64,000 bases of DNA from an uncultured Acidobacteriota bacterium (GTDB taxonomy: Bacteria; Acidobacteriota; Thermoanaerobaculia; Gp7-AA8): NCBI GenBank assembly GCA_963741955.1, contig CAVUKB010000005.1, positions 416,001-480,000 of the forward strand, written 5' to 3'. Positions 45,923 to 54,386 of this stretch are shown piece by piece (the first letter of the stretch is position 1; every line of letters starts with the position of its first letter). The position numbers and the translations under genes are program-made. The notes beneath the pieces are model-generated. The model was not told where the DNA came from, made no database searches, and saw only the letters and a program-made list of their open reading frames with translations.

Positions 45923-47310
45923 ACATCAGCCGCAACCCACACCGAGCTCCGGGCAGGCGGGCTCAATCGATCTCGATCCCGGGTTGGTTCGCCCTGATCC
46001 TTCTCCTCGGATCCGGATCCGTGCCGGCCGCTCTCGCACAGATGACACCCGCAGCCGAGACTCCGGTCCTGAAGGAAGGGATGTACGTCGGGCCGGTCTC
46101 CTGCGCCGCGTCCGGATGCCACGGCAGTCCTGCACCGGTCGAGGGTGCGAAAGTGCTGATGAACGAGTACGACACCTGGCTCCACGCTCCTTCACCGACG
46201 CACGTACATGCGTGGGAAGTTCTTCTTCAGCCACTCTCCAGACGGATCGCGAAGAACCTCGGCCTCGAACAACCGCCCGAGAAATCGTCGGTCTGCATCG
46301 CCTGCCATTCGATGAACGTTCCGCAGAACCTGCAGGCCACGACCGGAGCGCTGGAGATCGCCGACGGCGTCTCGTGTGAAGGATGTCACGGGCCGGCCGG
46401 AGGATGGCTGGCCGGACACACCAGCGACGGGTGGTCGCACGCCGATTCCGTGGCGAAGGGAATGACCGATCTCAAGGACCTCCCGACCCGCGCTCGAACC
46501 TGTCTCGGCTGCCACATGGGCAACGACTCCAGGGAAGTCAACCACGACATGATCGCCTCCGGGCATCCGATCCTGAACTTCGAGCTCGACAACTTCTCGG
46601 GCAGTCCTCTCATGCCGAATCACTGGAAACCTGACCCCGCGCGGGACGGTGTGCCTGCGTGGGCCGTCGGACAAGTGGTTGCGCAACGCGAAGAAGCGGC
46701 CAACCTCGTCCGGCATGCCAACGGACCGCAGTGGCCCGAGTTCACGCACATGAGCTGCGCGAGTTGTCACCATCCCCTGAGGGAGGGAGAGTGGAGACAG
46801 GAGCGCGGATACCGCTACCGCCCCGGAATGCCTCTCCGGAGCCAGGCCCGATGGCTGGTGCTTCGTCACATCGTCGAAACCGCGGCCCCGCAGGAGTCCG
46901 CGCCGCTGACGGAAGAGATGGCGCAACTCTCCGACGCCGTCGGCCGGATGAAGGATCGAGCACGCATCGCGGAGCTCGCCGGTGCGGTGGAGGGCCGCCT
47001 CGATCGCGTTCTTCCGGCCGTGCAGGCGAAGAACTGGACGGACGCCGACGTCCGGAAGATGGTCGGCCTGATCGCCGGAGATGCCGATCGTTACGAGATC
47101 GCCGACCGGCAATCGGCCGAACAGGCCACCCTTGCCCTCATCTCTCTGGTCAGTCAACTCGATCGCTCCTCCCGCGGATCGATGTCGGGCACCGTCGACC
47201 AGCTCTATCAGCTCCTCCAGCGGCTCCGCTATCCCGACGAATACGACCGGAAGGAATTCGCCTCGACGCTACGTACGCTGCTGAAGCCTTCGACCGCGCC
47301 TGTGGGTTGA
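45919..47310 (+). CDS. Multiheme cytochrome c (c554-like, about 5 hemes)
   Basis: CAASGCH (CX4CH), CIACH, DGVSCEGCHGP, CLGCH and CASCH; signal peptide; ATGA overlap. Confidence 0.87.
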   Translation: MNISRNPHRAPGRRAQSISIPGWFALILLLGSGSVPAALAQMTPAAETPVLKEGMYVGPVSCAASGCHGSPAPVEGAKVLMNEYDTWLHAPSPTHVHAWEVLLQPLSRRIAKNLGLEQPPEKSSVCIACHSMNVPQNLQATTGALEIADGVSCEGCHGPAGGWLAGHTSDGWSHADSVAKGMTDLKDLPTRARTCLGCHMGNDSREVNHDMIASGHPILNFELDNFSGSPLMPNHWKPDPARDGVPAWAVGQVVAQREEAANLVRHANGPQWPEFTHMSCASCHHPLREGEWRQERGYRYRPGMPLRSQARWLVLRHIVETAAPQESAPLTEEMAQLSDAVGRMKDRARIAELAGAVEGRLDRVLPAVQAKNWTDADVRKMVGLIAGDADRYEIADRQSAEQATLALISLVSQLDRSSRGSMSGTVDQLYQLLQRLRYPDEYDRKEFASTLRTLLKPSTAPVG

Positions 47311-48363
47311 GCGCTCCGCCCGATGCAGGGCGGGGTATGTGGGTTGGGCGTCCCGCCCGATGCAGGGCGGGGTATGTGGGTTGGGCGTCCTCGCCCGATG
47401 CAGGGCGGGGTCCCGCGCCGCCCTGCCCAGCGCAAGTTACGACGATCCTCCCGAGTAAAGAGACTCGAACGCACAACCTCCCGAGAGGAACGATTCGCGT
47501 TTCGTTGACACCATCGCTCCCCGGCACGATGCCGGGGAGCCTCGCGCAGGATGCGCGACCCACTATGTGGGTTGGGCGTCCTCGCCCGATGCAGGGCGGC
47601 GTCCAGCGCCGCCCTGCCCAGCGCAAGCTACGACGATCCTTCCGAGTAGAGAGACGCGAATGCACAACCTCCCGAGAGGAACGATTCGCGTTTCGTTGAC
47701 ACCATCGCTCCCCGGCACGATGCCGGGGAGCCTCGCGCAGGATGCGCGACCCACTATGTGGGTTGGGCGTCCCGCCCGATGCAGGGCGGGGTATGTGGGT
47801 TGGGCGTCCCGCCCGATGCAGGGCGGGGTATGTGGGTTGGGCGTCCCGCCCGATGCAGGGCGGGGTATGTGGGTTGGGCGTCCCGCCCGATGCAGGGCGG
47901 CGTCCAGCGCCGCCCTGCCCAGCGCAAGCTAGGACCCCCCGAGTAGAGAGACACGAACGCACCGCCTCCCGAGAGGAACGATTCGCGTTTCGTTGACACC
48001 ATCGCTCCCCGGCACGATGCCGGGGAGCCTCGCGCAGGATGCGCGACCCACTATGTGGGTTGGGCGTCCTCGCCCGATGCAGGGCGGGGTCCCGCGCCGC
48101 CCTGCCCAGCGCAAGTTACGACGATCCTCCCGAGTAAAGAGACTCGAACGCACAACCTCCCGAGAGGAACGATTCGCGTTTCGTTGACACCATCGCTCCC
48201 CGGCACGATGCCGGGGAGCCTCGCGCAGGATGCGCGACCCACTATGTGGGTTGGGCGTCCCGCCCGATGCAGGGCGGCGTCCCGCGCCGCCCTGCCCAGC
48301 GCAAGCTACGACGATCCTCTCGAGTAACGAGACGCGAACGCACCACAGCGCGAGAGGAACGAC
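47300..48363. repeat. REP/REPIN-like array (191-bp units plus 37-bp sub-repeats), reverse orientation to 25.7-28.5 kb array
   Basis: Units at 47375, 47566, 47868, 48054 and 48245; 37-bp tandem units at 47757, 47794 and 47831. Confidence 0.92.
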
Positions 48364-48404
48364 AGGAGCTTCTTCCTCCGGGCCGAAAGATGTTCAGGAG
48401 AGCG

Positions 48405-50360
48405 TCAGCGTCCCGCGGTCTCTTCCTTCCCTGCGCGGGCGAGCGGATCCGCGGCGCGAGCGGCCGCGCGCAGCTGGTCCGGCGTGAGGAGATCGAGCTG
48501 CGGCAGAAGTGGCCGTCCCGAATCGAGTCCGGCGATCTCGCTCCGGTGGTGATCCATCCACGAAACCAGATCGCGGATCACCCGAAGGTTCGCCTGACCG
48601 TGCGGGGTCTGGTCGCCGAGGTTCGGATGCAGGATCCCGCCGGAAAGTGCGAGGCGGGGAAGCTCGGCGAACGCGATCTCCGAGAGCTTCGCGCGATACT
48701 CCAGCTCCTCGTTCGATTTGATTCCGAGCTCTTTGTCGATCACGTGCCGTCCTTCGTGCGCGAAGATCGATGATCCGCGAGTGGCGTCTTCGACTTTGCG
48801 CAGAAATGCGGTGCGGAGATCGGCATTTTTCAGCCCCTGCGACTGCAGATCTGAGCGGACACTCTCGAGCGATGCACGTTCGAGCCGGCCTCGCAGTCCG
48901 GGAAGAAATGCGTGCGGATCCTTCCGTGCGATCGCGTCGTCGGCGGAGGAATCGCGCGCAATCTCCTCATCCCACTTCCGGCGCTGATCCGGATCGGTGA
49001 GCCGGTTCCATGAGTTCACCGGCCCGTTCGCATACGCCGCCCGCACCTGGTAGATCGCATTCGGTTTCGCCCAGCCTCCGTGCTGAGACCTGAAGTCCCA
49101 GGCCCACGACTCGAATCCATTCGAGACCATGTCGTCCAGAACAATAAGCCGCACCTTCACCTCATGGCCGTACTGCTCCACGCTCTGGTCCGTATCCGAG
49201 ACCTCGTGTCCCAGGTGGAGATCGAGGTATCCGGCGGTGATTCCGACGTTGAGGTACGCGCCGTATCGCGCGCCGAGCGCCTGGTTGACGATGGGTCCCG
49301 TGGTCTCGAGCAGCTTCTTGAACGACGCGACGTCTGCACCAGGGGGAACGACCGGTGCCTTCCCCGGAAGCTGGAGCGAGTCCCATCGCGCAACCAACTC
49401 GCCCATCAGGGAGTGGAGCCAGGCCGGGCCGTCTCCTCTCCCGATCGCGAGCTTTCGGTAGTACTCGTTCGTGAGCGGCTCGATCGCTTCGATCAGATCG
49501 GCGTAAGCGAGGAGCGGCGCGAGATCCTCGCGAGCGCTCTCCGGGATCTCGTAGCGAGAAGCGACCAGCGAAGCATCGTGGAAGAAGCGGCTCGCACCGA
49601 GCGCACCGACCAGCTTCGCGTTGACCTCCGGATTCGAACCGTCCCATCCCGGGAGGATCTTCACCAGCGTGCCGTACGAAGGGCGCATCAGATTGTACGG
49701 TTCCCCTCCGGGAGGAACTCTGTAATACGACCGCCACGCTTCGAGAGCCGCTGGGCCGTCGTGATTGAGCAGCGCCGCCCGAAGAAGAAGCCTGGATGAT
49801 TCGAGCTCTCCCGGCTGGTCGTCCACCAGCGCCTTCAGCACCGGCTCCAACTCTTCCCCGATCTCCGGTCCCGCGTCCGGGGGGAGAGGTATCTTCTCGA
49901 TCTCGTGCATTGCTGCGGCAGCCCAGAGGAGACGCGCGCTCCTGGCCCGGCTTTCGAGGTCGGCGTGCAGCAGCGCGCGGAGTGCGGCATCGCGCGCCGT
50001 CGCGAAGCGGCCTCTCGCGTCCTCCAGCCGGGAGATCATCGCCCACGCATCCGAGCTCTTCTTTCCTTCGCGAATCACACCGTGCAGCAGTGCCTGCGCA
50101 TGATCGTCGTTCCCGTAGTAACGCCATTCCAGCAACGCGAGCCGGAGCTGCGCCTTCGCCCGGTCGTCTCCCGCTTCCGATGCCGCCACGCTCCGGTACA
50201 GCACCGCGGCCCGTCCTATGTCGTGTGCAGCGAACGCCCGGTCTGCCGCAGTGAGAGAGACTTCCGTTTCGGCGGCGCTCGAGAAGAGAGGAAAGGTGAT
50301 CAGCGCGACGAAGACGATCAGGATTGCGGTTCTGCGATCGATGCACATGGGCAGCTCCAT
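48405..50360 (-). CDS. Secreted helical/TPR-like protein with C-terminal HExxH motif (putative zinc metallopeptidase)
   Basis: Signal peptide, Ala/Leu-rich helical repeats and FAHEGRH..ELEYRA. Confidence 0.6.
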   Translation of the reverse strand: MELPMCIDRRTAILIVFVALITFPLFSSAAETEVSLTAADRAFAAHDIGRAAVLYRSVAASEAGDDRAKAQLRLALLEWRYYGNDDHAQALLHGVIREGKKSSDAWAMISRLEDARGRFATARDAALRALLHADLESRARSARLLWAAAAMHEIEKIPLPPDAGPEIGEELEPVLKALVDDQPGELESSRLLLRAALLNHDGPAALEAWRSYYRVPPGGEPYNLMRPSYGTLVKILPGWDGSNPEVNAKLVGALGASRFFHDASLVASRYEIPESAREDLAPLLAYADLIEAIEPLTNEYYRKLAIGRGDGPAWLHSLMGELVARWDSLQLPGKAPVVPPGADVASFKKLLETTGPIVNQALGARYGAYLNVGITAGYLDLHLGHEVSDTDQSVEQYGHEVKVRLIVLDDMVSNGFESWAWDFRSQHGGWAKPNAIYQVRAAYANGPVNSWNRLTDPDQRRKWDEEIARDSSADDAIARKDPHAFLPGLRGRLERASLESVRSDLQSQGLKNADLRTAFLRKVEDATRGSSIFAHEGRHVIDKELGIKSNEELEYRAKLSEIAFAELPRLALSGGILHPNLGDQTPHGQANLRVIRDLVSWMDHHRSEIAGLDSGRPLLPQLDLLTPDQLRAAARAADPLARAGKEETAGR

Positions 50361-50406
50361 TCGAGTGCGGCGCTTTCGCCGGCATCAGTTCTGTATCGAC
50401 TCTGGG

Positions 50407-50439
50407 TGCATACTGTACCCATTTAAGGTACACTACGCA
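50407..50439. promoter_or_regulatory. Palindromic putative GntR operator
   Basis: TGTACC-N7-GGTACA with extended imperfect arms, between divergent genes. Confidence 0.55.
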
Positions 50440-50458
50440 ATGACGGAAGCGTGACGGA

Positions 50459-51403
50459 ATGGACCCCACCCGAAATGACACCCGAGCCACACGCCTGGTG
50501 CAGCACTGCACCTACATGATCGCCACGGGAAAGTGGCGCCCAGGGGGGAGGCTCCCCTCGATTCGCGCCATCCGGCAGGAATGGGGACTGAACCAGAGCG
50601 CCGTGCAGTCGGCGTATGGCGCACTGGTGGAGGCTGGACTGGTCGAGAGCCGCGACCGCTCGGGCTACTTCGTCCGCGGCGGCGGCGAGATCGACCACAT
50701 CTCCCGGCATCGTCGGACTCTCTCCCGGATCCGTCACCGGATCTCCGAGATGGTTCGCGAGGAATCGGATCTTTCGCTGCTCGGGACTCTTCGCTATCTC
50801 ACCTCCCTCGAGGAGATCGAGCAGCTGCAGGAGCCCCGGGTCGCGTTCGTCGAGTGCACTCGCCTCCAGGCGGAGTCGCATGCCGCGGAGATCAGCGAGC
50901 GCCTCCAGATCCCCGTCGTTCCTCTGCTCCTCAGAGAGATGGAGAGACGCCGCCGGCCGCTTCCTCACCACGTCGAAACGGTCCTCACCTCCTCGTTTCA
51001 TTTCCAGAAGGTGAAGTCGATTCTTCATTCGCAGCCGGTTCGCCTCGCCCCCGTTCCGATTGAAGTTTCCCCGGAGCTCCACGGGCGAATCATCGATCCG
51101 AAAAAGCCGCTCGTCCTCCTCGAGAGCGAAGAGACCATGGCCGCCGATATCGCGCGCGATTCCGCGGCGATCCTCGGGCGAAAACCGGATGTGCAGATCG
51201 TTGACGATCCGGGACCGGTTCTCGCACTCCTGCTCGGCGGTGGGCGCAGGAAGAGGAATGCTCCGATCGTACTTCTTTCCCCGCGACTCTGGGGGAACCT
51301 CGACGAGACGTGGCGGTCCCACCCGAACGTCCTTCAGGTGTCGTTCCGAATCGCGGCGACTGCGTGGCCGCGCATCGCGGAGGAGTGCGGTCTGCCGTTC
51401 TGA
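50459..51403 (+). CDS. GntR family transcriptional regulator (YtrA-like HTH plus C-terminal domain)
   Basis: IATGKWRPGGRLPSIRAI..VQSAYGALVEAGLVESRDRSGYFV. Confidence 0.85.
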   Translation: MDPTRNDTRATRLVQHCTYMIATGKWRPGGRLPSIRAIRQEWGLNQSAVQSAYGALVEAGLVESRDRSGYFVRGGGEIDHISRHRRTLSRIRHRISEMVREESDLSLLGTLRYLTSLEEIEQLQEPRVAFVECTRLQAESHAAEISERLQIPVVPLLLREMERRRRPLPHHVETVLTSSFHFQKVKSILHSQPVRLAPVPIEVSPELHGRIIDPKKPLVLLESEETMAADIARDSAAILGRKPDVQIVDDPGPVLALLLGGGRRKRNAPIVLLSPRLWGNLDETWRSHPNVLQVSFRIAATAWPRIAEECGLPF

Positions 51404-51444
51404 CGGAGCGCCCCCTCTTGTTCAAGCGAATGCGGGATGGCGTT

Positions 51445-51752
51445 TGTGGGTTGGGCGTCCTCGCCCGATGCAGGGCGGGGTCCCGCGCCGCCCTGCCCCG
51501 CGCAAGTTACGACGATCCTTCCGAGTAGAAAGACTCGAACGCACCACAGCGCGAGAGGAACGATTCGCGTGTCGTTGACGCCATCGCTCCCCGGCACGAT
51601 GCCGGGGAGCCTCGCGCAGGATGCGCGACCCACTGTGCAGGGTGGCCACTGTGGGTTGGGCGTCTTCGCCCGATGCAGGGCGGGGTATGTGGGTTGGGCG
51701 TCCCGCCCGATGCAGGGCGGCGTCCAGCGCCGCCCTGCCCAGCGCAAGCTAG
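51445..51752. repeat. REP/REPIN-like array (left of IS1182)
   Basis: Same unit family as 47300-48363. Confidence 0.9.
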
Positions 51753-53343
51753 GAGTCTGCGCGATAGGACGTAAGTTCGGCGCTTCCTGATGATCTCGGG
51801 TGACGTCCGCTCGCGAGCGGCAGAACCGGGCCATCGAAGCGCCTTGGGGTTGATGGAGCCGTTCTCGGGGAGGTGGCAGCGCGAAACACTTGCTCGGCGG
51901 GACTTTTCGGGGTTGGATACTGCTCTGCCAGGGCTATTCGACCGCAACCAGAGCGCTCATTCGCTTCAGATTGATCACCAGGCACACCAGAGCCCATTCG
52001 CCGGCAACTTTGCGCGTCCCGCGGAGACTGAATCGTCGAAAGCCGAGAACGTTTTTGACCCAGCCAAACACCGGCTCAACGATCGCCTTTCGCCGGCGAT
52101 AGACCGCCTTGCCTGCAGGTGAGTCCAACTTCTGCTTCATCCGCAGAGTAGCGGGGAGCGTCGTCTCAGCTGCGGTTTCTTTGCCTTCTCGTCCGAGAGA
52201 AACATACGCATCGATCTTCTTCTCCTCCAACTCGATGAACGAGCTTTCCGACTTGTAACCGGTGTCGGCAACAACCTGGTCGGGGCTTGTTTCGCAATTC
52301 TGTTCGACCACCTCGACCAAAGGCACGAGTGATCCGCTGTCCGCCGCAGATTGTGTGATCTCGAATCCGACGATGAGTTGGTTATCGGCATCGACTGCGA
52401 TCTGCGCGTTGTAGCACTGCTGAAATCCTTCCTGGGACTTCATGATTCGGCTCTCGGAATCGGTGAAGTTCTCTTGCGCTTTGTCCTCAGGTACGCCGAA
52501 CTTCCGTTTGAATGGCTTACCCTTCTTCCTGGCCGGATCATCGTCGCCTTCGGAGCGACCAGCCTTCGTGTCCAGTTCCCGCTGTCGCTGTTCGAGTCGC
52601 TCTCGTGCATCTCTGATCTTTCGGATGCGTGTTTCCCGGCGCTGGAGCTCTTCGGGCAACTCATCCCCGCGTCGATCAACCCCGTACTCGGCATCCTCCC
52701 GGGCATCCTCTTCCGCCGCTGTGGCCAAAATCTCCGCGATCTCCTTCTCGAGCTTCGCTTCTTCCTTCTTCATCCGATCGTAGCTCATCGCCTTGTGCTT
52801 GCTGGCATTCGCTCGCACCTTCGACCCGTCGATTGCGATCCTCCCGAGCGTAACTAACCCTGCCTCCTGAGCGGTCCGAATGATCTGGACCAGCAATGAG
52901 CTGAATGCGTCCACGTTTTCAAGCCGAAAGTCGCAGATGGTCCGATGCGATGGAAAGTTCCCGGCTGCAAGATACCGGACGGCGATATCTTCATCGATCC
53001 GCCGGGCAATCTTGCGCGAGGAGAACGTTCCCGTCAGGTACGAATAGGTGATCAACTTGAGCATCATCCTCGGCTCGTAGGGCTGCTTCCGCCTGCCGTC
53101 GCCCTTGTACCGCTCGTAGAATGCACTCAGATCAAGCTGATCGATCATGTCGGAAACGAAGTGCGCCAAGTGACCCTCAGGGAGCCACTCGTATGGCGAG
53201 GGCGGAAGCAGCAGCGACTGCTCCGGTCGGTATGGCCTATACGTGGTCGGCATGACCTAATCTTAACATATTATCGTTACTACTAACCATTCACCTTTTA
53301 TCATGCCGATTTGCCGCGAACCGGGTTTCTACCGCGCAGACTC
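51753..53343 (-). mobile_element. IS1182 family insertion sequence, CTAG target duplication
   Basis: TIR GAGTCTGCGCG / CGCGCAGACTC. CTAG at 51749-51752 and 53344-53347. An empty-site equivalent is at 47921-47940. Confidence 0.93.
51934..53253 (-). CDS. IS1182 family transposase
   Basis: QSLLLPP..WLPEGHLA, AIDGSKVRANASKHK, NFTDSESRIMK, ADTGY and YRRRKAIVEPVFG. Confidence 0.95.
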   Translation of the reverse strand: MPTTYRPYRPEQSLLLPPSPYEWLPEGHLAHFVSDMIDQLDLSAFYERYKGDGRRKQPYEPRMMLKLITYSYLTGTFSSRKIARRIDEDIAVRYLAAGNFPSHRTICDFRLENVDAFSSLLVQIIRTAQEAGLVTLGRIAIDGSKVRANASKHKAMSYDRMKKEEAKLEKEIAEILATAAEEDAREDAEYGVDRRGDELPEELQRRETRIRKIRDARERLEQRQRELDTKAGRSEGDDDPARKKGKPFKRKFGVPEDKAQENFTDSESRIMKSQEGFQQCYNAQIAVDADNQLIVGFEITQSAADSGSLVPLVEVVEQNCETSPDQVVADTGYKSESSFIELEEKKIDAYVSLGREGKETAAETTLPATLRMKQKLDSPAGKAVYRRRKAIVEPVFGWVKNVLGFRRFSLRGTRKVAGEWALVCLVINLKRMSALVAVE

Positions 53344-54372
53344 CTAGGACCCCCCGAGTAGAGAGACACGAACGCATCGCCTCCCGAGAGGAACGATTCG
53401 CGTTTCGTTGACACCATCGCTCCCCGGCACGATGCCGGGGAGCCTCGCGCAGGATGCGCGACCCACTATGTGGGTTGGGCGTCCTCGCCCGATGCAGGGC
53501 GGCGTCCCGCGCCGCCCTGCCCAGCGCAAGCTACGACGATCCCTCCGAGTAACGAGACTCGAACGCAGCCCCGCGCGAGAGGAACGATCCGCGTCTGGTT
53601 GACACCATCGCTCCCCGGCACGATGCCGGGGAGCCTCGCGCAGGATGCGCGACCCACTGTGCAGGGTTGGACGCTCCGCCCGATGCAGGGCGGGGTATGT
53701 GGGTTGGGCGTCCTCGCCCGATTCAGGGCGGCGTCCCGCGCCGCCCTGCCCAGCGCAAGCTACGACGATCCTCCCGAGTAGAAAGACTCGAACGCACCGC
53801 CGCGCGAGAGGAACGATTCGCGTGTCGTTGACGCCATCGCTCCCCGGCACGATGCCGGGGAGCCTCGCGCCCGGAGGCGCGACCCACTGTGCAGGGTTGG
53901 ACGCTCCGCCCGATGCAGGGCGGGGTATGTGGGTTGGGCGTCCCGCCCGATGCAGGGCGGGGTCCCGCGCCGACCTGCCCAGCGCAAGCTACGACGATCC
54001 CTCCGAGTAACGAGACTCGAACGCAACCCCTCCCGAGAGGAACGATCCCCGTCTGGTTGACACCATCGCTCCCCGGCACGATGCCGGGGAGCCTCGCGCA
54101 AGATGCGCGACCCACTGTGTGGGTTGGGCGTCCCGCCCGATGCAGGGCGGCGTCCCGCGCCGCCCTGCCCAGCGCAAGCTACGACGATCCTCTCGAGTAG
54201 AGAGACTCGAACGCAACCCCGCGCGAGAGGAACGATTCGCGTGTCGTTGACGCCATCGCTCCCCGGCACGATGCCGGGGAGCCTCGCGCCCGGAGGCGCG
54301 ACCCACAGTTCGCGACCCACAGTGCGCGACCCACAGTTCGCGACCCACAGTGCGCGACCCACTGTGCGCGAT
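53344..54372. repeat. REP/REPIN-like array (right of IS1182) ending in 14-bp tandem repeat
   Basis: About 5 units, then CGCGACCCACAGT(T/G) about 5 times at 54297-54371. Confidence 0.9.
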
Positions 54373-54386
54373 GCACCCGGCCCGGC

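Noticed and set aside
31630-47310. Assignment to MtrCAB, Nrf or alternative complex III
   Set aside because: No molybdopterin subunit, NrfD-type protein or CxxCK heme, and the domain fusions differ from those systems.
47757-47904. 37-bp repeats as CRISPR
   Set aside because: Units are directly tandem with no unique spacers.
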